A stretch of DNA of 59,865 nucleotides from a virus (IMGVR_UViG_3300034196_000123:1-59865), one strand, 5' to 3'. Shown: positions 35,910 to 45,690, counted from the first letter of the stretch. Made by a program: numbers and translations. The notes: generated by a model not told the origin, from the letters alone.

Positions 35910-36971
35910 GTGAGCCTGGAGGCCCTGGCGTGGGCGTTCGCCCAGAACCCCGGGGACAGCACCCGCAAGCTGGTGCTCTTGGCCTACGCCGACGTCGCGC
36001 AACGGGACGGGCAGGCGTACCTGCTGACGGAGCAGGTCGCCGAGACGGCGCTGTGCGCGGGCCGGACCGCGGGTCGGCACATCACCGCGCTGATCGCCGA
36101 TGGGTACATGCGTGAGGGTGACCAGAGCCTGATCAGCGACAAGATCCCGCGACGGTTCCGGCCGATCGTGTACCAGCTCGCGATGTCCGATGAGCAGCGC
36201 GAGGCGTGGGCGGCGACGCCGGTGACCGGTCGGCGGGCCCTGATGGTGGCCGGCGGGGCTCGCGGTGCCGAGTGGACGAACCGGACGAAGTCGGGCGCGA
36301 CCGAGGATGGTGGGGCGCCACCGGTGGCGCCTCACTCGTCGGACGGTGGGGCGCCACTGGTGGCGCCCCACGAAAACCCTCCCGAACCGGACGGAAATGG
36401 ACACGATGGGGCGCCAAGTGGGGCGCCATCCGTGGCGCCCAAGAACCTAAGAACCAAAGAACCAAACCACCACCACCACCGCGACGACGCGAACGTCCAC
36501 GAACTGGTGGTGGTGGAAGCCCTCCCGGACCACCCCGACCCCGCTGCGATCGCCTCGCAGATCGTGGCGGCCCTCCCCCGCCCGATCGCCCGGCACATCC
36601 ACGGCCCGACCCTGCGCACCGAGGCCACCCGCCTCGCCGCCCTCGGCTGGACCCCCGAGCAGCTCGCCGCCTGGACCCGGGAGGCGAACTGGGCCGGCGC
36701 CGGCCCGGCGCTCGTCACGTCTCGGCTGCGCGGCATCGACGGCCCGCCCCTACCCGCCCCGGTCCGGGCGCCCGTCCAGCTGACCCGCCTGTGCCCCGAC
36801 TGCGTCGCCAGCGGCGCCCAGGAGCCCTCGACCATCCCGGTCGGGGCCGTCGCCTGCCCCGAGTGCTCCGAGGGCCACCAGCGCCTCGACAAGGCCCGCA
36901 AGGGCACCCTCCGGGCCGAGGCCGCCGCCGCTCGAGCTGCCCGGGTCGCGCAGGTTGCGCCCGCGACCTAG
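35910..36971 (+). CDS. Replication initiator (N-terminal wHTH, RepA/lambda O-like)
   Basis: MSLEALAWA...KLVLLAYAD N-terminus; internal iterons; CxxC..CxxC near C-terminus. Confidence 0.8.
   Translation: MSLEALAWAFAQNPGDSTRKLVLLAYADVAQRDGQAYLLTEQVAETALCAGRTAGRHITALIADGYMREGDQSLISDKIPRRFRPIVYQLAMSDEQREAWAATPVTGRRALMVAGGARGAEWTNRTKSGATEDGGAPPVAPHSSDGGAPLVAPHENPPEPDGNGHDGAPSGAPSVAPKNLRTKEPNHHHHRDDANVHELVVVEALPDHPDPAAIASQIVAALPRPIARHIHGPTLRTEATRLAALGWTPEQLAAWTREANWAGAGPALVTSRLRGIDGPPLPAPVRAPVQLTRLCPDCVASGAQEPSTIPVGAVACPECSEGHQRLDKARKGTLRAEAAAARAARVAQVAPAT
36311..36468. repeat. Origin-like iterons TGGGGCGCCA plus A-rich tract
   Basis: Direct copies at 36311, 36347, 36407, 36419; inverted copies at 36325 (variant), 36361, 36433 (variant); then AAGAACCTAAGAACCAAAGAACCAAACC. 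Confidence 0.75.
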
Positions 36972-36991
36972 TCGCACCTACGATCGCTAAT

Positions 36992-37405
36992 GTGGCAATC
37001 GAGATCACACAACGCGGCAAGCGGTGGAGCGAGACCGACGGCCGCGACGCCGTCCGCGACCGCAGCCACGACGTGTGCGAGCTGTGCCGCCACCGCGCCC
37101 AGCACTGGTGCCACCGCGAAGGCCGCGCCCAGGGCGGCACCTGGTCCCCGGCCAACGGCACCCACCTCTGCGCCCGCTGCCACGCCTGGTGCCACGCCGA
37201 GGTCCTCCTGGCCCAGGCCGCCGGCCTGATCGTCCCCAGCTACGCCGACCCCGCCCTGGTGCCCGTCTGGCTCGACACCGCCTACGGGCCCGGCTGGTGG
37301 CTGCTGGTCATCACCCCCGACGGCGACCACGACGTCGTCCCCGCCTACCCGAACACCCCGCCCCCGCCCCGGCCCACGCTGCCCGCGTGGACCCTGGCCG
37401 CCTGA
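36992..37405 (+). CDS. HNH endonuclease-like protein
   Basis: VRDRS..CELC, HR..R.QGG.W.PAN..LC..CH.W.H. Confidence 0.7.
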   Translation: MAIEITQRGKRWSETDGRDAVRDRSHDVCELCRHRAQHWCHREGRAQGGTWSPANGTHLCARCHAWCHAEVLLAQAAGLIVPSYADPALVPVWLDTAYGPGWWLLVITPDGDHDVVPAYPNTPPPPRPTLPAWTLAA

Positions 37406-37420
37406 CCGGGAGACCCCGAC

Positions 37421-38521
37421 ATGTCCCCGACGCCCCGCCTGCCCAGAGACACCCAGCTCACCTGCGGCCGCTGCGGCTTCCAGACCCGCCTGACCACCGC
37501 CGGGTTCGCCGCCAAGGCCCTCGCCTCCCACGGCTGCGACGCCCACCTGGCCGCCGCGGAACGCCACGCGAAGTTCACCGCCCGGGTGGAGGCCAACACC
37601 ATCACCAGGCACTGCCAGCACCCCGGCACACCCCACGCCCACGGCACCCACAACGCCTACGTGCTCGACGGCTGCCGCTGCCGAACCTGCCGCGACACGA
37701 TCAACGCGGCCCGGCGACGCAACGCCCGCCACGACCTGTACGGCCGCCCACCCCGCTACATCGACGTCACCCCCGTCCGGGAACACCTGGCCGCCCTGTC
37801 CGCCGCCGGCGTCGGCCGCACCCGGATCGGTGAACTCGCCGGGATCTCCTCCGCCCGCGTCCGGGACATCACGCGCTCCAAGCGCATCACGCCCGACCTC
37901 GCCGCCCGCCTCCTGAAGATCACCCCCGAGGCGGCCCGCCCCGGCATGTTCATCGACGGCATCGGCACCCGCCGCCGCCTCCAGGCCCTGATGCTGCGCG
38001 GCTTCCCCCCAACCTGGCTCGGACGACGCCTGGCCTGGCCCCGGGTCGCCATGAACCACTTCCTGCGCCGCCCCGGCGACCACGTCAGCGCCGGCCGCGC
38101 CCGCAAGGTCCGCGACCTCTACGAGGAACTGTGGAACGCCAAGCCCCCGACGGACCTGACGACCGGTGAACGCCGGTCCCTGGCCACAGCGCTCGAGCGG
38201 GCCGCCCGGGAGAAGTGGGCGCCGCCCGCGGCGTGGGACGAGGACCTCAACCCGATCGACGACCCCCGGTCCCGCCCCCAGGGCCTCGGCCGCACCACGA
38301 CCCGCGACACCTACGCCGCGATGCTCGACAACGCCGCCGAGCTGGCCGCCGCGGGCCTCACCCGCGACGCCGCGGCGATGCAGTTGGGCAAGGCCAACGC
38401 CGAGGCCCTGATGACCGCGCTACGTCGCGCCGGTGACCTCCTGGACCGCGAGGCCGACTACCTGGCCGTCCGGGAGCGATTCACCGCCACCCAGCAGCGG
38501 CGCCGCACGAGCGCGGCCTGA
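37421..38521 (+). CDS. Zinc-finger plus HTH DNA-binding protein
   Basis: HGT..AY...GCRCRTCR, VREHL..L..AG.G..RI.ELAG, GTRRRLQAL, WAPPAAWDE. Confidence 0.75.
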   Translation: MSPTPRLPRDTQLTCGRCGFQTRLTTAGFAAKALASHGCDAHLAAAERHAKFTARVEANTITRHCQHPGTPHAHGTHNAYVLDGCRCRTCRDTINAARRRNARHDLYGRPPRYIDVTPVREHLAALSAAGVGRTRIGELAGISSARVRDITRSKRITPDLAARLLKITPEAARPGMFIDGIGTRRRLQALMLRGFPPTWLGRRLAWPRVAMNHFLRRPGDHVSAGRARKVRDLYEELWNAKPPTDLTTGERRSLATALERAAREKWAPPAAWDEDLNPIDDPRSRPQGLGRTTTRDTYAAMLDNAAELAAAGLTRDAAAMQLGKANAEALMTALRRAGDLLDREADYLAVRERFTATQQRRRTSAA

Positions 38522-38874
38522 TGGCCGCCGTCCACGTTCCCTGCCCCGCGTGCGGGCAGGACGTCATCGAGATCACCGCCGAGTACCAGACCGGCACCGG
38601 GTCACGGCACGCGATGCCCGGCGTCCAGTACGTCGACCCCGACCCGTCCCCAGTGACCGGCGGGATCGTCCTGCCCGCCGACGGCCCCTGGACCGTCGTG
38701 CGGCCCTCCGTGGCCGCTGACGCCCCGGTCCGGCACCGGTTCCACCGCTGCCCGAACGCCCCCGCCGAGCCCCGCGCAGTCCGGGCACCCAAGCCCGCAC
38801 CGCCCCGCCAGCTCCCGCCCGACCTCGACGTCCCCGACATCACCGCGCCCCGCTACGGAAGGAACGCCCCGTGA
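38521..38874 (+). CDS. Hypothetical Zn-binding protein
   Basis: CPACG ... H.FHRCP; TGATG overlap. Confidence 0.65.
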   Translation: MAAVHVPCPACGQDVIEITAEYQTGTGSRHAMPGVQYVDPDPSPVTGGIVLPADGPWTVVRPSVAADAPVRHRFHRCPNAPAEPRAVRAPKPAPPRQLPPDLDVPDITAPRYGRNAP

Positions 38875-40619
38875 CCCTCGCCCCGCCCGCCCCCGACCCC
38901 CACGCCGGCCTCGGCGTCCTCATGCCCATCGACCAGATCAAGCCCAACGCGCGCAACGTCCGCCGGGACCTCGGCGACGTCACCGAGCTGGCCGACTCGA
39001 TCCGCGAGGTCGGCGTCCTGCAGCCCTGCACCGTCGCCCCGTCCACGACCGACCCGGTGCAGTGCCCGGAGTGCGACACCCTGTTCCCCGTCGACCAGCT
39101 CGTCGGCGGAGCCTTTCCGAGGCACTGGCGCTCGCCGCAGAGCCGGCGCAACTGCCGCGCGGGCACCGAGGCCGCCCCGATCACCTACGACCTGATCGCC
39201 GGGCACCGGCGCCTCGCCGCGTCCGTCCAGGCCGGCCACACCCACCTGCCGTGCGTCATCCGCGCCGACCTCACCGGCGTCGTGGACGTCACGGTCGCCA
39301 TGTTGTCGGAGAACCTGCACCGTGCCGACCTCTCCCCGATGGAGGAGGCCACCGCCTACGCGCAACTGCAGATCGCCGGCCTCGACGAGCAGACCATCGC
39401 CCGCCGCACCGGCCGGTCCCGCACCACCGTCGCCAGCCGCCTGAAGCTCATGGACCTCCCCGACCGGATGCAGGCCCGGGTCCACGAGCGGCAGATCACC
39501 CTGGACGAGGCCGCTGCCCTCGCCGAGTTCGCCGGCGACCCGGGGGCCCTCCGCGAACTGGAGCAGGCTGCCGGCACCCGCGACTGGCCCCACGCGCTGC
39601 GCCGGATGCGGGACAGCCGTGAGACCCGCCTGGAGCGGGAGCGGATGGTCGCCGATTTCGCTGCCCGCGGGTTCCGGGTCCTCGACAGCGGCGAGACGAG
39701 CGGGCTGTGGGAGCAGACGCTGCGCTCCCTCGACATCAGCGAGGACGACCACGCCCCGTGCGCCGGCCGCGCCGTGCACGTCACGCCGACCAACTTCGTC
39801 CAGAACTACTGCCTGGAGCCGTGGCTCCACGCCCCCGACCGGTTCCCCGACCCGGCCGCCCCGACCTACGACACCACGGCCCCAGCAGCCGGCGGCGACA
39901 CCACCGCCGCGACACAGCCGGCGCTGCCCACGGTCGCCCAGCAGGACGCCGAAGCCCAGGAACGCCGAGCCGCCGAGCAGGCCGAGGCCGCTGCGGCCGC
40001 GAAGGCCGCGTTCGCCGTCCGGCAGGAGTTCCTCGAGACCTTCTGCCGTGACCGCCGCCCGGTGCCCGCCGACCAGGGCGCGGCGGTGCTTCGGCACCTG
40101 CTCGACCTGCTGACCCGCGCCTACCTCGGCGAGGTCGTGATGCAGGACTGGCTCCACATCCTCACCGGCGAGGACGTGGCCGACGTGGACGACGACGCCG
40201 CCGAGACCAAGGTCCGGGCCATCGTCGCGGAGCGGGACCCGATCCGGGTGCTGCTCGCCGAGCTCGCGGTCGAGTCCGACCGGCTGGTGTACCCGGCGCA
40301 CTGGGGTCCGTCGCCGCTGGGCAGCCACCTGCCGTTCCTGCAGTCCCTGATCGCCGTGGGGTACGTGCCCTCGACGTGGGAGCAGGAGCGCATCGACGCG
40401 GCGCTCGCCTACCGCACCCGGGTGGAGTCGCCGGCGGTCGTGGACGTCCGCCTCCCCGAGCACGACGTCCCCGCCGACGTCGACCAGGCCGACAGCGACG
40501 ACGAGGCGACCTCCGGCACCTGCCGGGTGTGCTTCTGCACCGACGACGAGGCGTGCGACCCGCCGTGCTCCTGGGCCGACGCCGAGCACACCATCTGCAC
40601 CGCCTGCACGGCGGGCTGA
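38871..40619 (+). CDS. ParB/Spo0J-like protein
   Basis: ELADSIREVGVLQP, LIAGHRRLAA, ENLHRADLSPMEEA, HTH; Cys-rich C-terminus. Confidence 0.85.
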   Translation: MTLAPPAPDPHAGLGVLMPIDQIKPNARNVRRDLGDVTELADSIREVGVLQPCTVAPSTTDPVQCPECDTLFPVDQLVGGAFPRHWRSPQSRRNCRAGTEAAPITYDLIAGHRRLAASVQAGHTHLPCVIRADLTGVVDVTVAMLSENLHRADLSPMEEATAYAQLQIAGLDEQTIARRTGRSRTTVASRLKLMDLPDRMQARVHERQITLDEAAALAEFAGDPGALRELEQAAGTRDWPHALRRMRDSRETRLERERMVADFAARGFRVLDSGETSGLWEQTLRSLDISEDDHAPCAGRAVHVTPTNFVQNYCLEPWLHAPDRFPDPAAPTYDTTAPAAGGDTTAATQPALPTVAQQDAEAQERRAAEQAEAAAAAKAAFAVRQEFLETFCRDRRPVPADQGAAVLRHLLDLLTRAYLGEVVMQDWLHILTGEDVADVDDDAAETKVRAIVAERDPIRVLLAELAVESDRLVYPAHWGPSPLGSHLPFLQSLIAVGYVPSTWEQERIDAALAYRTRVESPAVVDVRLPEHDVPADVDQADSDDEATSGTCRVCFCTDDEACDPPCSWADAEHTICTACTAG

Positions 40620-40622
40620 CCG

Positions 40623-41069
40623 GTGACCGACCTTCCTCTCGGCCGCGCGGTCGACATCGTGGTCGCCGCCGCCACCGCGGCCGGTCTCACCGCCCGGACC
40701 GTGAGCATCTCTGGCATCGGCTACTCCTCCTGGTTACCGGAACTGACGTTGCACACCGACTCGCGCCACCCGCGCAACGAGGCGACCGCCCGTGCGGTGT
40801 TCGCCCGCCTCGGCATCGCCGACGTCACGGTCAGGCCGGGATCCAGCAACCACTCCGCCGTCGAGGCCGACCTGCACCTGCTCGGCGTCCGCCTCGTCGT
40901 CGTGATCGAGCTGGTCACGGAGCCCGAACCGATCGCCTCCGCGGAAGAGGTCGCCGCCCTGGTCGCCGAGGTCGACGAGCGGCGCGCGGCCGCCGAGGCC
41001 GAGCCGTGCAGGTACACGCACGCCCACACGCGCGACTGGTGCGGCAACTCCACCTGCCGGGAGTCCTGA
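40623..41069 (+). CDS. Hypothetical protein
   Basis: 148 aa coupled to downstream ATG (TGATG). Confidence 0.6.
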   Translation: MTDLPLGRAVDIVVAAATAAGLTARTVSISGIGYSSWLPELTLHTDSRHPRNEATARAVFARLGIADVTVRPGSSNHSAVEADLHLLGVRLVVVIELVTEPEPIASAEEVAALVAEVDERRAAAEAEPCRYTHAHTRDWCGNSTCRES

Positions 41070-42214
41070 TGGCCGGTGTCCGCACGCGCATCTGCCGTAC
41101 CCCCGGCTGCGGCCAGCGGATTCTCCTGGTGCGGGTCTGGAAGCTCGACGAGCCGAAGTCCCGGACCGCCGAGCAGACCTGGATGCCCCTGGACCCCGAC
41201 CCGCACCCCGCCGACGACACTACGGCGACGTGGGCGGTCGCTGGGATCACGGACCTGCGCGGCCGGGCGCTGCGCAGGGGCGAGCAGCCGTTGGCGGACG
41301 AGGTCCGGTACATGCCGCACCAGGCGACCTGCCCGGCGCTCGCCGCGCAGCGCAAGGCGAAGCAGACCGCCCTCACGCTGGTCCCCGACGCCGCGGCGGC
41401 GCCGTCCGCGGACGTCCTGCTCGCCGAGTTGGACGCCCTCGTCGGCCTCGCCGGTGTGAAGGGCGAGGTGCACCGCACCGTCCACCAGCTGCGGATGGCC
41501 CGGATCCGCCGCGACGCCGGGCTGCGCGCCCCGACGGTGTCCCGGCACCTGCTGTTCGTGGGCAACCCGGGCACCGGGAAGACGACCGTCGCGCGGATCC
41601 TCGCCGGCTTCTACCGCGCCTCCGGCCACCTCAGCCGGGGCCACCTGGTCGAGGTCGACCGGGCCGGCCTGGTCGGCGAGTACATCGGCCACACCGCGGT
41701 GAAGACCGCTGCGGTGATCGAGTCCGCCGTCGGTGGGGTCCTGTTCATCGACGAGGCGTACGCCCTCGCCCGCTCGGACTCGCCGCGCGACTACGGCCGC
41801 GAAGCGATCGACACGCTCGTGAAGGGCATGGAGGACCACCGCGACGACCTGGTGGTCATCGCAGCCGGCTACCCCCTGCCGATGCTGGACTTCGTCGACT
41901 CCAACCCGGGGTTGGCGTCCCGGTTCCGCACGACCATCCAGTTCGACGACTACGCACCCGCCGAGCTGGCCGAGGTGTTTGCCCGCCTCGCCGAGCAGGC
42001 CGAGTACCACGCCACCTCCGACACCCTCATCGCCGTCGCCGAGTACACCGCGACCCTCCACCGCGGCGAGGGGTTCGGCAACGGCCGCTGGGCCCGCAAC
42101 GTCCTCGAGGACGCCATCGACCGCCACGCCTGGCGGCTGCGAGACGTCCTCACCCCCACCCCTGACCAGATGCGGGACCTGCTGCCCGCCGACCTCCCCT
42201 GGAGAACCTCGTGA
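41069..42214 (+). CDS. CbbX/SpoVK/EccA-type AAA+ ATPase with N-terminal phage Zn-finger
   Basis: LVGLAGVK, GNPGTGKT, LVGEYIGHT, GGVLFIDEAY, VVIAAGY, NPGLASRF, FGNGR. Confidence 0.9.
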   Translation: MAGVRTRICRTPGCGQRILLVRVWKLDEPKSRTAEQTWMPLDPDPHPADDTTATWAVAGITDLRGRALRRGEQPLADEVRYMPHQATCPALAAQRKAKQTALTLVPDAAAAPSADVLLAELDALVGLAGVKGEVHRTVHQLRMARIRRDAGLRAPTVSRHLLFVGNPGTGKTTVARILAGFYRASGHLSRGHLVEVDRAGLVGEYIGHTAVKTAAVIESAVGGVLFIDEAYALARSDSPRDYGREAIDTLVKGMEDHRDDLVVIAAGYPLPMLDFVDSNPGLASRFRTTIQFDDYAPAELAEVFARLAEQAEYHATSDTLIAVAEYTATLHRGEGFGNGRWARNVLEDAIDRHAWRLRDVLTPTPDQMRDLLPADLPWRTS

Positions 42215-42555
42215 CCCTGACCCCACCCACACCGGCGCCCACGTTCCTCGTTGAGCGCCTCGCCGACGCGCTGTTCGCGGAGCGCGAGGCCCGCCACCGC
42301 CGCGGCGACTACGACGACGAGCTGACCAAGGACGTCCGCGCCGTCCTGGACGCCGCCGCGCAGTTGTCCGGCACGGCCGCCATGCCCGACGGCGACCTGC
42401 TCACCGCCGAGCTGGCCGGGACCGACCCGGACGAGCGGCGCCGCGAGCAGGCCCTGGCCGCGGCTGCGCAGATCTGGCAGGGCACCGCCGTCAGCATCGA
42501 CTACGTGCTCAAGAGCGCGCAGGCCTTCGAGGCGTACCTGCGGGGCGAGCGGTGA
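42211..42555 (+). CDS. Hypothetical protein
   Basis: GTGA overlaps on both sides. Confidence 0.65.
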   Translation: MTLTPPTPAPTFLVERLADALFAEREARHRRGDYDDELTKDVRAVLDAAAQLSGTAAMPDGDLLTAELAGTDPDERRREQALAAAAQIWQGTAVSIDYVLKSAQAFEAYLRGER

Positions 42556-42845
42556 CCGCGACCCCACCCGCGCCCGGCGGCTGGTCGCTGCCGTTCGCCG
42601 AGCAGGCCGCCAGCCGGCTGCACGACGCCACGGACGGCGTCCTCGCCGGCGCCCTCACTGTCGGCGCGATCATCACCGAGACCCCCATCGGCCGGTTCCC
42701 CGGCCTGATGTTCCGCTTCCAGGACTCCAACGGCGCATGGTCCAAGCCCATCACCGTGCTGCTCGACGCCCACCACCTCGCCCAGGTCCCCGACCTCGTC
42801 ATCGAGGCCACGGCCACCGCGATCCGCCGGGCAGGTGGCCGATGA
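42552..42845 (+). CDS. Hypothetical protein
   Basis: GTGA/ATGA overlaps. Confidence 0.65.
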   Translation: MTATPPAPGGWSLPFAEQAASRLHDATDGVLAGALTVGAIITETPIGRFPGLMFRFQDSNGAWSKPITVLLDAHHLAQVPDLVIEATATAIRRAGGR

Positions 42846-43324
42846 CCGCCGTCGGACGCCCCTGGGGCAGCCCCGCCGAGGTGCGGGCCATGGGCATCGT
42901 GCAGGAGCGCGAGGACGAGCTCAAGCGCCTGCGGGCCGGCGCCGACTCCGCCCCGCCGGAGTTCGGCACCGTGCTGACGCCGGCGCAGCTGTGGCACCGG
43001 CTCCTGCAGGCCCACGTCGACGAGCGGTTGCAGATCCTCGGTCACCTGCAGGTCGCCGCCCACGACGCCGCTCAGTGCGTGATGGCCGACCACGCCGGGC
43101 AGTTGCTGCACCTCGGTGCCCGCCTGCCCGTCGTCCGCCAGGACCGGGACGACGCTCGTGCCGTGGCCGGCGAGGTCCTGGCGGCCGCCGAGTGGCGGCC
43201 TTGCCGGGTCGCGGAGCAGGGCATCGACTGGCCCGGTGCTGTCCGGCACGTCACGCAGGTCCAGCTGGACACCTGGCGGGCACGAGCCGGGCTCACCGAC
43301 GCCACGCCGGCGGCGACGTCATGA
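42842..43324 (+). CDS. Hypothetical protein
   Basis: ATGA overlaps; LTPAQLWHRLL motif. Confidence 0.6.
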   Translation: MTAVGRPWGSPAEVRAMGIVQEREDELKRLRAGADSAPPEFGTVLTPAQLWHRLLQAHVDERLQILGHLQVAAHDAAQCVMADHAGQLLHLGARLPVVRQDRDDARAVAGEVLAAAEWRPCRVAEQGIDWPGAVRHVTQVQLDTWRARAGLTDATPAATS

Positions 43325-44001
43325 CCGACCGGGAGCCGGACACCGGCGCGGTATGGCTGCGATCGGAGCCCGACCAGACCGGGACCTACCACCTGCGTCT
43401 GGAGCTGGGCCCGGGCGACGTCGTCCCCCTGGACACCCTGGCGGCGTACCGGTGGGCCGCTGAGGTCCTCGCCGCGACCGCGGCCGCGGAGCACGACGCC
43501 GCGGTCGTCGCCCAGCTGACCGCCCTCGGGGTCAAGGACAGCGTGGCGGCCGGCGTCGTGACGGCGCTGCGCGCGGACCGGCCTGGCTCCGGCGCGGCGG
43601 TGCCGGGTCTGGCGCTGGTCCCCGGGGTGTCGCACCGGACGCGGGACGGGTTCGTACTCCTAGAACGGCACGGGGAGCCGTTCGGGCAGTGGGACCTGGA
43701 CGCCGCCCGGCACCACGCTGCGGGGGTCCTGGAGGCCGTCGAGGTCGCGTTGCTCGACGCGACGTACCTGCGGGCCCTCACCGGCCTCGTCGGCCTCGAC
43801 CGTGACCGGGCGCTCGCCGTCGTCGCGGACCTGGCCAACCACCGGCCGCCCCAGCCGGCCGACCCCGACCCGCTGCTCGACCGGTACCGGGACGCACTGA
43901 CCGTCATCGCGATGAGCGAGCCGGCCCCGACGCAGCCGCAGGCCGTCGTGCTCGCCCAGCACGCCCGGGAGGCGCTGGACGGCGTCGGGGCGACGTCGTG
44001 A
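43321..44001 (+). CDS. Hypothetical protein
   Basis: ATG 43321 in ATGA overlap; 226 aa. Confidence 0.7.
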   Translation: MTDREPDTGAVWLRSEPDQTGTYHLRLELGPGDVVPLDTLAAYRWAAEVLAATAAAEHDAAVVAQLTALGVKDSVAAGVVTALRADRPGSGAAVPGLALVPGVSHRTRDGFVLLERHGEPFGQWDLDAARHHAAGVLEAVEVALLDATYLRALTGLVGLDRDRALAVVADLANHRPPQPADPDPLLDRYRDALTVIAMSEPAPTQPQAVVLAQHAREALDGVGATS

Positions 44002-44141
44002 GCTGGGTGGCGCGGCCGCGGCGCCTGCCCCGGGTCGTGGACGCCGTCCTGGTCGTCATCCTCGGCGGGGCTGCCCTCGTCGTGTTCGCCGTCGACCAGC
44101 TGCTCGCCGGCGCCCGTCGGCTCGGAGGCCGCCGCCGCTGA
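43998..44141 (+). CDS. Small single-TM protein (47 aa, not in ORF track)
   Basis: GTGA overlap; VVDAVLVVILGGAALVVFAV. Confidence 0.5.
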   Translation: MSWVARPRRLPRVVDAVLVVILGGAALVVFAVDQLLAGARRLGGRRR

Positions 44142-44216
44142 CGCCCCCGGATCGAGGGGTCCGCACCTGGCCGGGGTGCGGGCCCCTTGCCGTTCCCGCG
44201 GATTCCGCTGACCCCG

Positions 44217-44245
44217 TTGCGATCGATCGCTAATCGGGCTAGCGT
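44217..44245 (+). promoter_or_regulatory. Promoter overlapped by 17-bp operator
   Basis: TTGCGA-N17-TAGCGT; CGCTAA-TCGGG-CTAGCG at 44228-44244. Confidence 0.7.
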
Positions 44246-44282
44246 GATCGCATAACCCCACGATCGGCCCCCGAGGGAACCC

Positions 44283-44627
44283 ATGCCCACCGACTACGCC
44301 CGCACCAGGCACGCCGCGCAGTCCCGCCTCGACAAGGCCGTCGCGATGGCCGCCTGGTGCTGGGACCACGACGTCCCCGCCGACGCCCTCTTCGACGCCA
44401 CCCCGGACCAGATCGCCGCGCTCGCCCGCACCGTTGGCCACAACCCGCCCCGCACGGGCAGCACCGACACCCACGAACTGGTCTGCGCGCTCGTCCTCGT
44501 CCGCGAGGCCCGGGCCGCCGCACACCCCGACGACCCCGCCGCCCAGCGCGCCCACACCCCGACCTGCACCTGCCCCGGCGTCACCCCCGGGGCCCTGCCC
44601 ACCCCACGCCGCCGGAGCGCCCCGTGA
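44283..44627 (+). CDS. Hypothetical protein
   Basis: GAGGG RBS, downstream of promoter. Confidence 0.65.
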   Translation: MPTDYARTRHAAQSRLDKAVAMAAWCWDHDVPADALFDATPDQIAALARTVGHNPPRTGSTDTHELVCALVLVREARAAAHPDDPAAQRAHTPTCTCPGVTPGALPTPRRRSAP

Positions 44628-45070
44628 CCCCCCTGACCATCGCGCACGTCCTGTCCCTGCCCGAGTGGACCCCCCGCCGCCCCCCGCCCGGGGAGCTGCG
44701 CGCCCAGACCGCCGCGTCCCGCCGGGACCTGTACGCCGCCCGCGCGCACGGCCTGACCGTCGTCACCGAGCACATGACGCCCCGCGAGTCCGGCGCCACG
44801 GTCCGCGCCCAGATCCGCGGCGCCCTCAACACCCTCGCCGCGACCACCCTGGACGCCGCGATCGGCCCACCCGAGATCACCGGCCCCAGCTGCGGGCACA
44901 CCGCCTGCACCCGCCGCCACCTGCAGGACCTCGCCGCCCGCCAGGCCGTCGTCGCCGGCTTCCCCGACCTGGACGCCGCGTTCATGACCCTCGCGCTGTT
45001 CCCCCGCTCCCGCGCCTGGACCGTCGCCGTCACCTACGACCGCCGCGCCCGCGACGCACGCCTGTCCTGA
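44624..45070 (+). CDS. Hypothetical protein
   Basis: GTGA overlap; C-rich codon usage. Confidence 0.6.
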   Translation: MTPLTIAHVLSLPEWTPRRPPPGELRAQTAASRRDLYAARAHGLTVVTEHMTPRESGATVRAQIRGALNTLAATTLDAAIGPPEITGPSCGHTACTRRHLQDLAARQAVVAGFPDLDAAFMTLALFPRSRAWTVAVTYDRRARDARLS

Positions 45071-45105
45071 CCCACCCCACCCGGACCCGAGACCCGGAGA
45101 CGATC

Positions 45106-45690
45106 ATGACCACAGCCACCAGCCACACCCCCACCAACTGGACCACCCCACCCCGCCTCGCCACCCTCCTGGCCGAGGCCGCCGGGATCCGCGACCTCCA
45201 CCCCGGTGCCCGCGTCCTGGAGCCGTCCGCCGGCGACGGCGCCCTCGTCGACGCCGCGCTCGCCATGCGCCCCGGCATCGACGTCCTGGCCATCGAGCCC
45301 GACCACCACCGCGCCGCCGCCCTCCGAGCCCGCGACCGCACCGTCGCCCCCTGCCGCCTGCAGACGTACGCCGCGCACTTCATGCCCGCCGCCCAGCTCG
45401 CCGGCGGCATCTTCCACGCCGCCCTCATGCACGCCCCCCTGGTCGACGTCGCCGACCCCGACGACCCCCACCCCTGGCTCACCCACCTCCACCTCACCCT
45501 GCCGTTCCTGCGCCGCGGCGCCCGCCTCGCCGCCCTCGTGCCCCTCGACCGCGCCGGGATCTACAGCCTCCGCGGCCGCGACGCCCACGAGCTGCTCACC
45601 CGCCCCCACGTCACCTACACCCCCGTCGCACCCACCGACCTCCCGCCCGGCATCACCGACCCGCACACCCTCCTGACCATCACCCGCTGA
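45106..45690 (+). CDS. DNA methyltransferase-like protein, degenerate catalytic motif
   Basis: W.TP, RVLEPSAGDG motif I, LRRGARLAALVP; MHAPL where NPPF is expected. Confidence 0.7.
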   Translation: MTTATSHTPTNWTTPPRLATLLAEAAGIRDLHPGARVLEPSAGDGALVDAALAMRPGIDVLAIEPDHHRAAALRARDRTVAPCRLQTYAAHFMPAAQLAGGIFHAALMHAPLVDVADPDDPHPWLTHLHLTLPFLRRGARLAALVPLDRAGIYSLRGRDAHELLTRPHVTYTPVAPTDLPPGITDPHTLLTITR

